This document shows, piece by piece, positions 1 through 9,009 of a stretch of 64,000 bases of DNA; positions within the stretch are counted from its first letter, which is position 1, and each line of letters opens with the position of its first letter. Both the position numbers and the translations under genes were made by a program. The notes beneath the pieces were generated by a model, which saw only the letters and a program-made list of their open reading frames with translations, did no database searches and was not told the origin of the DNA. The DNA comes from Thermoguttaceae bacterium (lineage in GTDB: Bacteria; Planctomycetota; Planctomycetia; Pirellulales; Thermoguttaceae). The stretch is taken from the NCBI GenBank assembly GCA_031548665.1, contig JAVBQW010000029.1:11684-75683 (forward strand), read 5' to 3'.

Positions 1-2199
1 ATCGAATTCGAAAAGCCGTTTCAATTTTTCGGCCAACGAAATCACGAAGACCCGTTCTTCGAGCCAACCGGCGAAATGTCGCCGTTTTTCGCGTTCCTCT
101 TCGATTTCCTCTTCGGTTTTCGGAACGAGTTCCTCGACCGTCGCTAAGCCGAGCGTCAACAGCGTCGGATCGAGCCGCTCCATGGACAACGGCCCGTTCG
201 GCAAAACATCCTGTTTCGGTACGCGAACGTTCGGCCCGATCGACGCCGGAAGTTCCAACAAACTCTCGAAGGCCTGCAACCGCTCCGCCCGGTCCGCGAT
301 GCCGAGATGCTTCAGCAGGAACAAGCCGTACAGCGGATTGACGCCGCGCAACTTCATCAGCAACGGAAGACGCTCCGTGGGATACGCATAACGAAAAACA
401 ATTTTGTTTTCGCTTGCGTTTTTCTCGTCATCCCCGCGAAGGCGGGGACCTAGAGTGTTCGGCTTAACCTCCGTTTGCATCGTTTCCATTGTCCGGTTCT
501 GTAACGATGCAAACGAACTGGAAGGCTTTTCGTCTAGGTCCCCGCCTTCGCGGGGAGGACGGACGTTTTCTTCCGTTTCGATGACCGGTTCCGGATCGAG
601 TTTGATAAATCCGGCGGTCCAGAGCGTGAGGAGCATTTCGTCGAGCGACTTTTGTCCGACGTGGAGCCGTTTCGCTCCCATGAGACGCCGCGCAACGATT
701 TTTCGGATCGGTTCGATGTCGTGGTCCAGCGAAATGATATGGGCCAACAACCGCCACGGAAACTCGCCGCGACTGGTCAACTTGGCGGGGGGTAAGTCTT
801 TGAGTTTGAAAAACTGTTCTTCGCTCCAATACTGTTCGGTCGTCCGCCGGGTCGGCTGCTTTTTCTTCATTTTTTTCTTCATCTCACGAAGCACGGGATC
901 CTTCGTGTCCTCGGGAATCTGGTCGTACTTCGCTCTCCATCGGGCGATCTTTACGTCGTCTTCGTGAGCCAGAGCGAAGACGAATCCCTGCGTGTCGAAC
1001 TGCGGTCGACCGGCGCGGCCGAAGATTTGATGAGCGGAACTCGATTCGAGCATTTTTTTGTCGCCAGACGGTCCTTTCATCAAGCTCGGCAAGATAACGG
1101 ATCTCGCGGGCAGATTGATTCCGGCGGCCAGCGTTTCCGTACAGACGCAGTAGGAGAGCAATTTACGTTGAAAAAAATCTTCGACGATCCGACGGTATTT
1201 CGGTAACACTCCGGCGTGATGGATTCCGATTCCCCGGATCAGGATCTGTTTGAGTTTCGGACCGGCTCCCTGTGTCCAATCATACTGTTCGAGCAGTTTC
1301 GTGATTTCCTTCTGCCGTTCCGGCGTGATCATGTCGCGGCCTCGGATCTGGTCCGCGATCTCCCAACATTCGTTGCGGTCGAAACAGAAAACCAAGGCCG
1401 GCGTGAACCGGCTTTCCTCGTCGCCGCGAACCATGATTTCGAGCTGTTCGGTCAATAATTCGTCGCCGACCCAATGATAGGTTAACGGAACTTTCCGTTC
1501 CTTCGATTCGACCAACGTCAGTTTTCGTTGCTGATGGTCGCGCAACCAAGCGACGAATTCGTACGCGTTGCCGACCGTCGCCGAGATGAGCAGCGTCCGA
1601 ACGTGTTGGGGAAGGAGTCCCAACGTGAATTCCCAGACCATGCCGCGTTCCTCGTCGGCGAAATAATGGAACTCGTCCATCACAACGGTCGAAACTTCGC
1701 TCCAGGACCTGCCGTCCAGGCATCCAGGAGCTTCCGCTCCGGCGACAAAGTTCGCTCCCGTTGGTCGCTTCGCGTCAGACGGCGCAAACGTCGCCGAAGG
1801 AGAATGACCTTGCGCCGCCAGCAATCGGTTGAACAAAATTTCCGCGACGACGACGAGGATCGGGGCGTCGGGGTTTTCGCGACGGTTTCCCGTCACGAGA
1901 CCGACGTAGTGCTTGTTGTATCCCCAGCGTTCGAGGGCGTGTTGGATTTCGCGATATTTTTGTTCGCAAAGGGCAATCAACGGCGAGGTGTAATACGCTT
2001 TCTTACCGGTTTTGATCGCTTCGTAGATTCCGGCTTCGGCAATCAGGGTTTTTCCCATGCCGGTCGGAGCGCAGACCAGAACGCCCTGTTCGGCGGAAAA
2101 CCATGCAAGAACCGCTTCTTCCTGAAACGGATACGGTTCGAACGGCAGCGTGTCGAGATAAGCAAAGGCAAGGTCTTCGCGGGACGGCGTTGAATTCAT
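1..2199 (-). CDS. DExH-box superfamily-2 helicase (Ski2/HelY-like, probably the DUF3516-containing type); 3' end runs off the window
   Basis: Minus-strand frame is open from ATG at 2197-2199 to position 1, with no stop, so it is missing from the ORF track. Hand translation gives motif I CAPTGMGKT, motif II VVMDEFHYF, motif III LISATVGN, then GIGIHHAGVLP and TETLAAGINLPARSV. Plus ORF 1528..2193 is its phased shadow. Confidence 0.85.
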   Translation of the reverse strand, partial: MNSTPSREDLAFAYLDTLPFEPYPFQEEAVLAWFSAEQGVLVCAPTGMGKTLIAEAGIYEAIKTGKKAYYTSPLIALCEQKYREIQHALERWGYNKHYVGLVTGNRRENPDAPILVVVAEILFNRLLAAQGHSPSATFAPSDAKRPTGANFVAGAEAPGCLDGRSWSEVSTVVMDEFHYFADEERGMVWEFTLGLLPQHVRTLLISATVGNAYEFVAWLRDHQQRKLTLVESKERKVPLTYHWVGDELLTEQLEIMVRGDEESRFTPALVFCFDRNECWEIADQIRGRDMITPERQKEITKLLEQYDWTQGAGPKLKQILIRGIGIHHAGVLPKYRRIVEDFFQRKLLSYCVCTETLAAGINLPARSVILPSLMKGPSGDKKMLESSSAHQIFGRAGRPQFDTQGFVFALAHEDDVKIARWRAKYDQIPEDTKDPVLREMKKKMKKKQPTRRTTEQYWSEEQFFKLKDLPPAKLTSRGEFPWRLLAHIISLDHDIEPIRKIVARRLMGAKRLHVGQKSLDEMLLTLWTAGFIKLDPEPVIETEENVRPPREGGDLDEKPSSSFASLQNRTMETMQTEVKPNTLGPRLRGDDEKNASENKIVFRYAYPTERLPLLMKLRGVNPLYGLFLLKHLGIADRAERLQAFESLLELPASIGPNVRVPKQDVLPNGPLSMERLDPTLLTLGLATVEELVPKTEEEIEEEREKRRHFAGWLEERVFVISLAEKLKRLFEFD
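427..560. mobile_element. PAL-A MITE-like element, copy 1 (134 bp), located inside the helicase ORF
   Basis: 28-bp terminal inverted repeats GTCATCCCCGCGAAGGCGGGGACCTAGA / TCTAGGTCCCCGCCTTCGCGGGGAGGAC (27/28 match). Inner palindrome CGTTTGCATCG...CGATGCAAACG. Related copies at 20356, 23965 and 54863. Confidence 0.85.
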
Positions 2200-2439
2200 G
2201 GAAAAGTCGATTCAAAGAGCTGGAATTTGAGGTCCCGGAAACCCCGGTTTTGAAATTTGCTCCTCGATGTTGTTGGTGATGAAGCGGTAACGTCGGACAA
2301 CTCAGCAAGAAACTCCGTAGAAACCGGCGCGAGCGACCAGCGATTATACAGGACAACGAGGACGTTTTCCAGGCTCTCGCCAGAAAGTTCCCTATCGAAA
2401 ACGGAGACGGTTTATTCTTTGGCGAAAGCCTTGCGCCGC

Positions 2440-3648
2440 TCACCGTTCGTACAGAAAGTTGGCGAGCATTGCCTTGCCGAGGTTGTCGCAGACGGCGAGA
2501 ACGACCTCGTGCGGCGTGTTCTTTTCGGCGCGGAGTACGACCTTGACCCGACTGTTCGGTTTCGAGACGGCAAGGGCGTCGAGCATTTCGGCGAGTTTTT
2601 CGAGTTCAATGGTCTTGCCGTCCCATTGCACGGCGCCGGTTACGGAAATTTGCAGGGCGACGGGAATCGAAACTTCGGCTTTCGCCTTGTCGATCGTTTC
2701 GGCAACGGAAATCGGAACGCCGCCGTTCGCCTTACTGAGGTCGGCGGCCTGCATGAAGGCGAACATCTCGATCGTTTCCCGGGGATCGACCGGCGAGATT
2801 TTTGTTTGAAAAAACTTGCAGATTTCCGCGACCAACGGTTTGTATCCGTCGTAGGATCCGGCGTCGCCGTTTCCTTTTTCTCCGAAGACGACAGCTCCGT
2901 AACCCGGTTTGCCGGCGCGGATTCCCCGGAACGTTCCGACACGGCCGCCGTCCCAGACGCCGACGACGAATTCGGCCCCTTCGGTTTGTGTTCGGCTGAC
3001 CGTTTGGCAACCGGTTCCCATCAACGTGAAGAGTGTTTCGACGCCGTGGATTCCGTACCAAAAAAGGTCCGGATGCTTTTCGTTGAGGCTGCACGGACTC
3101 CAAGCGTCGCAACCGAGGATTTTTCCGAGCGGCTGTTCGTTTCTCATCTTTTGGTATCCGGCGGCGTAGCGAAGCGACGATGCGGAAAAGATCGAAACTT
3201 TTTTCTCGTCGGCCAACCGGAAGATTTCCAGGACGTCGGCGAGGCAGCCCGCCATCGGCTTGTCGACGAAGAGCGGTTTGCCTGCGGCGATCACCGGTTT
3301 GGCCTGTTCGAGATGCGGTCGACCGTCAACGCTTTCGAGGAGGATGCCGTCGACGTTCGGCAACAGGGCTTCGATGGTCGGATACAGTTTGATCCCTTGT
3401 TTTTCCAGTTCTTCGGCAAACTGTTCGACACGGCCCCAACTGTTGGGATTGTCCGGCATTCCGCCGGGATAGGCCGCGACGACCCGGCAAAAATTGAACG
3501 GCGCCTCGGCGTCCGGTGCGTTGATCGTCTTGACGAACGCCGGAACATGCGAGGTTGTCGTCCCGATAATTCCGAGTCGGAACTTTTCCTCCGCGTAAAG
3601 TTGAGAACTCAAAGACATCATCAGGAAAAAAACAAGGAGCCGTTGCAT
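2440..3648 (-). CDS. Secreted Gfo/Idh/MocA-family oxidoreductase with a C-terminal ExbD/TolR-like domain
   Basis: 402-aa ORF with ATG preceded by GGAGG. Signal-like N-terminus MQRLLVFFLMMSLSSQLYA. Rossmann start FRLGIIGTTTSH and GKPLFVDKP. The last ~80 aa (IPVALQISVTGAVQWDGKTIELEKL...KVVLRAEKNTPHEVVLAVCDNLGKA) follow the ExbD periplasmic-domain pattern. Confidence 0.75.
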   Translation of the reverse strand: MQRLLVFFLMMSLSSQLYAEEKFRLGIIGTTTSHVPAFVKTINAPDAEAPFNFCRVVAAYPGGMPDNPNSWGRVEQFAEELEKQGIKLYPTIEALLPNVDGILLESVDGRPHLEQAKPVIAAGKPLFVDKPMAGCLADVLEIFRLADEKKVSIFSASSLRYAAGYQKMRNEQPLGKILGCDAWSPCSLNEKHPDLFWYGIHGVETLFTLMGTGCQTVSRTQTEGAEFVVGVWDGGRVGTFRGIRAGKPGYGAVVFGEKGNGDAGSYDGYKPLVAEICKFFQTKISPVDPRETIEMFAFMQAADLSKANGGVPISVAETIDKAKAEVSIPVALQISVTGAVQWDGKTIELEKLAEMLDALAVSKPNSRVKVVLRAEKNTPHEVVLAVCDNLGKAMLANFLYER

Positions 3649-3689
3649 GGAAACCTCCGTTAAAGGGAGCCTCGGAAAATTCCGAAAAC

Positions 3690-3711
3690 GAGCCGGGACC
3701 TGTGGTCCCGG
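3690..3711. repeat. PAL-B hairpin GAGCCGGGACC-TGT-GGTCCCGG (terminator-like)
   Basis: Perfect 8-bp stem with a 3-nt loop. Same motif at 7041, 7071, 27338, 29806, 57264 and 63869. Confidence 0.85.
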
Positions 3712-3770
3712 TCATAAAAAATGAAGAGATGCTTTCGGTCTCAACGGCGTCTGTCCAGAAATAAACGATC

Positions 3771-3814
3771 CAAAGAGCCCCAAGTGGAGGCGGTACTCCG
3801 CCGTAACTTGGGGG
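3771..3814. repeat. PAL-E palindrome CAAAGAGCCCCAAGTGGAGGCGGTACTCCGCCGTAACTTGGGGG
   Basis: Identical base for base to 36940..36983, which lies inside the UbiD-family ORF. Nested stems CCCCAAGT/ACTTGGGG and GGCGG/CCGCC. Confidence 0.9.
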
Positions 3815-3815
3815 T

Positions 3816-4176
3816 GGGAGCGTTTTCCAATTGGGGGCGAAAGATGGAGCAAAATACCGCGAGAAAGTTGTTGACTTTTGAATCTTCGGCCTGAAAGGCC
3901 ATTGCATTTCAGCCCAAGGCAAGGCGTACTCGCCGCCGCCCTGGGACCGGTCGTATTCACCAGCCGCCGCCCTGTAAGGGCAATGCCAAGCCGAGGTTGC
4001 ACTGCCCTTTCAGGCCGAACATTTCTTGGGGGCCGCCAACCCAGGGCGACGCCTTCGGCTCTGCCCTGGGCTGTGATGCAATGCCCCTCCGGGGCGAAAT
4101 CGGTTAAATATCAAATTTACGCGACTCTCTCGACTTTTCACGATCATTTCCGCACCCAATCTGAAAACGCTCCCCT
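3816..4176 (+). mobile_element. PAL-H composite ~350-bp element, copy 1 (array of hairpins with imperfect ~40-bp termini); boundaries approximate
   Basis: A core of ~260 bp (3844-4105) aligns by eye at roughly 90 percent identity to the reverse complement of 8680-8937. Internal hairpins include CCCAGGGC...GCCCTGGG. The ends CCAATTGGGGGCG / CGCACCCAATCTG are inverted. Confidence 0.7.
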
Positions 4177-4235
4177 TGGGGGTTGAAGCGGCAATCAAAT
4201 TTGTACAGTTGTAAAGATTATTTCTGGACAGGTCC

Positions 4236-7004
4236 TTAAATCTTTCGGAGCGTGATTTTTCGGAGGAAGACTTCGCCGCTTGGAATCGCGATCCGGAAAT
4301 CGGCGCCGTTCGCGCCGCGTCCGAAACCGGGATACTTGATCGGAAACACCGCTTCGCTCCAACGGCCTGACGATTTTTCGTCCGGTTTCAGGTTCTTGAC
4401 GACCGAACCGCGAAAATGTCTGGCCGTACCGCTGAGAGCCGGATCCGCGCTGTCATACTGAATCGTGAGCCACGGACAGCAGTCGGCGGCGTTTTCCGGC
4501 GGAAGGTATTCGACGACCAATTCATATTCCGCTCCCGGAGCCGGAGCGAAATAAGGCTCCGTGATGTTGAAATAAAGATATTTCCCGGCGACACGCCAAG
4601 CCTTGACGGTTTCGCCGTCGCCTCTTTTTACGTCGCGAATTTCCAGGGGGCCGTCGCCGTTTTGGGCCGGTCCGAAATTGACCGCCGCGATTCCGGAGTC
4701 TTTTTCCGGCGTTCCGCTCGGCGTCGGAAATTTCGGCTGGACGGAAATCTCTTTGAGTTGAACGTTTCGATGAAACAGGTCGGCGTAGCGCTTCGTCAGG
4801 TCGATGTATTTTCGTCCGTATTCTTTCGTTTCGCAGATTTCGGTTCCTTCATGATACTCGGTCCAGGTTTCGACGTGGACCCATTTCGCCCGGGTTTTCG
4901 GATCCTTGAGCAAAAGCTGTTCCCAGGAAAATTCGTAAAACTTGCCGTCGTCGCGGGAATTGACCAGCGGCTTGCGCGACCTGACGGCGGAGTGATCGTA
5001 TCCGGGACCCACGGCGGCGGTTTCCAAAAGTTGCGGTTTCAATGCCGCGCCCCAGCGATACACGCTGTCCGCTTTGCCCGGCCAACTCGCTTCTTTGACG
5101 ATAAACAGGTCGCAGCCGAATTCCTTCTTGAACATTTCCTTGACGGCGGGGAACAGCGTGTCGTCAACCGCTCGGGCAAAGGCCGCAGCGTAAAGAAAAA
5201 CGACCGGTTTGCCGTCGATGGTCGCTCGATGTTTCGGCGGAACCAGCGAGAAGAAATCCCGAATCGTTGCGTAGAACCAACGCTTTCCTTCGTCCTTCGT
5301 CAGGTCGACTTGGATTTTCTCGGCATTGTGCATCAGCGTGCTGGTATCGTAAAACATTGCGATACCGGCCGGTTTTTTTCCTTCGGCGAGAAGTTTTTCC
5401 CGGGCTTCGACCATCGGCGGAATGCCTTCGTTGCTGAACGCGAATCCTCCGGGCTGCTGTTTTTCCGGTGTTCCCCAATAGACGAGGATCGCGACGTCGA
5501 TTCCGGCCTTTTCGATGTCGACGAGTTGCGCTTTATGCCAGTCGACGGACTTCCAACTGATTCCTTCCAGCGTCGGCGGATGGTCGGTCAGCGCGTCGGA
5601 TCCGTCGGCGTTCAAAATATGGGCTTTGCTCGGCGTGTCGTACCAATAGAAATACGAGGTCGCGACGACTGGCGTTTCCTTGGAAAAGTCGACACCGGGA
5701 CCGCTGCCCACGAATTTTCCCGGAGCCGGCGGCAGCGGAGCTTGTTTCGGACGTTCTTTCGGCTGCTGCTTCGGACTCTTTTTCAAGGCTTCCGCCGCGT
5801 TACCGACAAGTTTCAGGTAAAAGTCGCTGGGGAGTCCCTCATAAGTCGAAAAGGGACTTTCGCCGACCGGGGGATTATTCGAACACTTAAAGATCGCGGT
5901 GCCTTCGTCGATTTCGTCGAACATCGCCTGGTAGATCATTCGGACGCCGCCGGCGAGATGAGCGTCGTATTGTGTTTGGAGAAATTCGCCTTTCAAACGG
6001 GGGGTCGCATTGAGTTGGGCTTCCGTTGCACGGGCTTTCATCAGATTATACCAACTGAACCCCGGATAGACGACCGGCAGGAATTCCTTGCCGTTTTTCG
6101 TACACCAAGCCAAATCGTCGTAAGCCGTGTTGGCGGCGTAATCGAAGGCGCCTTTCGGCGTTTTGTAGCGACCGACGGTCCACGGACTGGCGATATCCGC
6201 TTTGAGAATGATTTCGTGCAGCAACGGATCCTTGAGACTGTCGCCTTTCAATTCCCGCCAATAGGTCGGAATGCCGAGCATCACGGTGTTGCCGCCGTAT
6301 TTCGGATCGTCTTTCAGGAACGTGACGAGTTCGAGACATTGTTTGAGCGTATATTTCCGGTTGTCGTTGAAGCCGATTCCCCAAACCGCGACGACCGGCT
6401 TGCCGTTATGTTTTTGATACATTTTGTCCGACGTGATCTTGTTTTCGTCGATCAGGCGTTTCCAGTCGGCGATCAACGCATTGGGAAGCATTTCCCCGTT
6501 CGCGCCGGAAAGGTCGTACATCATCGCCCAGGTCCGGCCGTGTTGCGAGGCGCCGGCCCGGACGTTTTCCATGACGTTCTGTCGGGCGTTGCGACGCTTT
6601 TCGTCCGTCGTCGCTCCGATGAAGCGTTGCAGGAAGACGCCGTCGATTTTATTGTCCTTCATCCATTGAAAATGTCGGACGACGGTTTTCTTGACATGGG
6701 GACTGAAAACGTACGCCGTGGAACCGTCGGCGTGTTTGAACGGCGTCGCGAATTTTTCGTCGTCGTCCATTTCGCTCATATCGGGCCAGAGATCGAAGCA
6801 GCAGAATCCCGGTTCGAACTTGCCGTGGGCTCCGTAATGGGTCCAGCCGAACCCGGAGCCGTCTTTGTCGGCGTGATGCCAACCTTGGTAGCCGCACATC
6901 ACCTTGCCGACGAGCGTCGACGGATCGGCGTCCTGCGCGAACAGTGTGGAAATCGAAAAAACGGCGAACAGCGCCAACGAAAAAACACGTAATCGTTTCA
7001 TCAT
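4236..7004 (-). CDS. Secreted putative glycoside hydrolase with two TIM-barrel-like catalytic-type domains and a C-terminal beta-sandwich; family uncertain
   Basis: Long ORF. The first ATG pair is at 7004/7001; the track start at 7016 is a TTG. Signal peptide MMKRLRVFSLALFAVFSISTLFAQ. CGYQGWH...DLWPD...IDGVFLQRF in domain 1 and YFYWYD...DVAILVYWG in domain 2, joined by a P/K/Q-rich linker. Confidence 0.7.
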   Translation of the reverse strand: MMKRLRVFSLALFAVFSISTLFAQDADPSTLVGKVMCGYQGWHHADKDGSGFGWTHYGAHGKFEPGFCCFDLWPDMSEMDDDEKFATPFKHADGSTAYVFSPHVKKTVVRHFQWMKDNKIDGVFLQRFIGATTDEKRRNARQNVMENVRAGASQHGRTWAMMYDLSGANGEMLPNALIADWKRLIDENKITSDKMYQKHNGKPVVAVWGIGFNDNRKYTLKQCLELVTFLKDDPKYGGNTVMLGIPTYWRELKGDSLKDPLLHEIILKADIASPWTVGRYKTPKGAFDYAANTAYDDLAWCTKNGKEFLPVVYPGFSWYNLMKARATEAQLNATPRLKGEFLQTQYDAHLAGGVRMIYQAMFDEIDEGTAIFKCSNNPPVGESPFSTYEGLPSDFYLKLVGNAAEALKKSPKQQPKERPKQAPLPPAPGKFVGSGPGVDFSKETPVVATSYFYWYDTPSKAHILNADGSDALTDHPPTLEGISWKSVDWHKAQLVDIEKAGIDVAILVYWGTPEKQQPGGFAFSNEGIPPMVEAREKLLAEGKKPAGIAMFYDTSTLMHNAEKIQVDLTKDEGKRWFYATIRDFFSLVPPKHRATIDGKPVVFLYAAAFARAVDDTLFPAVKEMFKKEFGCDLFIVKEASWPGKADSVYRWGAALKPQLLETAAVGPGYDHSAVRSRKPLVNSRDDGKFYEFSWEQLLLKDPKTRAKWVHVETWTEYHEGTEICETKEYGRKYIDLTKRYADLFHRNVQLKEISVQPKFPTPSGTPEKDSGIAAVNFGPAQNGDGPLEIRDVKRGDGETVKAWRVAGKYLYFNITEPYFAPAPGAEYELVVEYLPPENAADCCPWLTIQYDSADPALSGTARHFRGSVVKNLKPDEKSSGRWSEAVFPIKYPGFGRGANGADFRIAIPSGEVFLRKITLRKI

Positions 7005-7040
7005 TTGTTTTTCCAAAGAAGATTGATTTGCAAGAGCTTA

Positions 7041-7095
7041 GGAGCCGGGACCTGTGGTCCCGAAAGCCCGGAAGAGCCGGGACCTGTGATCCCGG
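7041..7095. repeat. Two tandem PAL-B hairpins downstream of the DUF1559 gene
   Basis: GGAGCCGGGACCTGTGGTCCCG at 7041-7062 and GAAGAGCCGGGACCTGTGATCCCGG at 7071-7095. Confidence 0.8.
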
Positions 7096-7204
7096 AGTAG
7101 CGGGATCTCTCCATTGTCGCCGCTTCAGGATCCCGTTTCAAGAGCTCGGCAAAGTTTTTTTCCAAACCGCGTCGGCAGACGACGCGGTTGATCGACCGAC
7201 GATT

Positions 7205-8407
7205 CTATTCCATAATCGTCACGCTTTTGCCGTCATTGACAACGCTCAGCGGCAACAGAACTTCCCCGACTGGCGTGGTCACGCCGAGGCCCTTGACGGC
7301 GCCGTCGCCGAGAAGGAAATGGCAGATGCCGGGATGATAGCTGCCGAAAGAGGCTCGGTTACGAAGGTTGTCGGTCAAGTGGTCATTGGGACGTGCAATA
7401 CTACATTCAGTATCTTCGACAACCCAGTCGCTGCCTCTGAATCGGAACGCAAAACCTCGGAATGCGCCAAAGTTACGGTGTTGACCGCCCGCCTGATAAC
7501 CGCAATCGCTGTAGTACAAATTACTGTACGGGGCGGCGCCACTGTCGTTGCAGAGCCCGAGATAAGTGGGATGAATATGCTTTTCTCCCACAAGAATTTG
7601 ATTGCTGGTTCCATCCGACAACCAGGAGAAATCGTCGCGGCACCCCCAAGCTTTCTCTCGGGTTCCGTGAGTTGGCGAGACGCTTTTGGAGAGAAAAACC
7701 CGAAACGGCCCCCGAAACGGTTGATAGAAATTCACCTTGTTATCTCCCCAATTGTCTCTCCATGTTCTGCTCCAAGCTTCGACCATACGGGAGTTGGCCG
7801 CATCCGGCGCTATATCGGTGGCACTCTGCATTTCACCGTCGTAGGCCATGACTGCGGCATAATCGCTTTGCGGGCCCGGTGGAATGTTTCCCGTCACTTG
7901 CACGAATTCCTCCGATTTGATGTAAAGCGGACCTCCGCCACGGCGCGAGGGGCAGCGATAGATCGGAACGGAGCCGAATTGCCTGCGAACTTCATCCGAA
8001 TTTGTCCCCAATGCACCGTTGGGATTACCGGAATGTCCCCACCAAGCCTGATTGAATTCCTGATCGAAGTTACGTTCGACAACTTTATCATAGAGCTGCG
8101 GCTGTTCGATGAACGGATAGAGAAACAACCACATCGTCGCCCGGTTGATACCGATCCCGCACGGCGGCAGGCCTTTCATGGTATCGTGAAAATTGTGAAT
8201 GCCGATACCAATTTGTTTCATATGGCTCGCACATTGCATACGCCGTGCCGCTTCCCGGGCCGCCTGAATGGCCGGCAGCAGCAGCGCGATCAAGACGCCG
8301 ATGATCGCGATCACCACCAAAAGTTCAACGAGAGTAAATCCTCGCAACTTACCCCTCCCCCTCAGACAGCCACGTTTCGCGAAAAACCGCAACACAAACT
8401 TTTCCAT
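7205..8407 (-). CDS. DUF1559 / H-X9-DG protein with prepilin-type N-terminal cleavage/methylation domain
   Basis: [37 protein letters not shown] near the N-terminus and [16 protein letters not shown] (H-X9-DG) near the C-terminus. Confidence 0.9.
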   Translation of the reverse strand: MEKFVLRFFAKRGCLRGRGKLRGFTLVELLVVIAIIGVLIALLLPAIQAAREAARRMQCASHMKQIGIGIHNFHDTMKGLPPCGIGINRATMWLFLYPFIEQPQLYDKVVERNFDQEFNQAWWGHSGNPNGALGTNSDEVRRQFGSVPIYRCPSRRGGGPLYIKSEEFVQVTGNIPPGPQSDYAAVMAYDGEMQSATDIAPDAANSRMVEAWSRTWRDNWGDNKVNFYQPFRGPFRVFLSKSVSPTHGTREKAWGCRDDFSWLSDGTSNQILVGEKHIHPTYLGLCNDSGAAPYSNLYYSDCGYQAGGQHRNFGAFRGFAFRFRGSDWVVEDTECSIARPNDHLTDNLRNRASFGSYHPGICHFLLGDGAVKGLGVTTPVGEVLLPLSVVNDGKSVTIME

Positions 8408-8599
8408 GGCAATACCTTTCTAATAGGAAATAGAAACACAGGCTTTGCTGAAAGAACATCCCCCAAGACGTGATTCATTTCACAATCGCAGGAGATCGAC
8501 AAACCGGGCACGAAGCTTTCAGATAAAACCCCACACTATTTTCAGGATAATTGATCCCGTCGACGTTGTCAAGAAAATAAGGGATAAAAGTCACTCCCT

Positions 8600-8968
8600 C
8601 GAAACGTTTTCCGATTGGGGGCGAAAAAGAGAGCAAAATACAGCGAAAAATCGAGAGTGTCGCGTAAAAGTTGGTCTTTTACCGATTTCGCCCCGAAGGG
8701 GCATTGCATCACAGCCCAAGGCAGAGCCGAAGGCGTCGCCCTGGGTTGGCGAACCTCAAGGATTGTTCGCCCTGAAGGGCAGTGCAACACCGGCTTGGCA
8801 TTGCCCTTACAGGGCGGCGGTTGGCGAATACGACCGGTCCCAGGGCGGCGGCGAGTACGCCTTGCCCTGGGCTGAAATGCAATAGCCTTTCAGGCCGAAG
8901 ATTCAAAAGTCAATGACTTTCTCGCTGTATTTTGCTCCATGTTCCACCCCCCATCGGCAAACGCTCCC
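8600..8968 (-). mobile_element. PAL-H composite element, copy 2, inverted relative to copy 1; boundaries approximate
   Basis: The reverse complement aligns with 3816-4176. Termini are CCGATTGGGGGCG and CCCCCCATCGG. Confidence 0.7.
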
Positions 8969-9009
8969 AACGCTGCCGCCGCCCCCAATCGGCAAACGTT
9001 CCCGGGTTT

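Noticed and set aside
2257-3663. 468-aa plus-strand ORF over the Gfo/Idh/MocA gene
   Set aside because: Shadow ORF of the minus-strand gene with low-complexity R/G/D/F composition. The minus gene has an RBS, a signal peptide and a Rossmann motif.
3878-4186. ORFs inside PAL-H elements (3878..4186, 4010..4198, 8569..8790, 8615..8875, 8709..8906) with similar peptides such as ALPWAVMQCP
   Set aside because: The similarity is caused by the DNA repeat read on either strand. The reading frames are not conserved between the two copies and the region is built of hairpins.
4416-6992. 858-aa plus-strand ORF covering the glycoside hydrolase locus
   Set aside because: It is codon-phased antisense to the minus-strand gene. 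The translation is Arg/Gly/Asp/Val/Phe-rich, motif-free and lacks a signal or recognisable domain. The minus ORF has a signal peptide and GH-like blocks.
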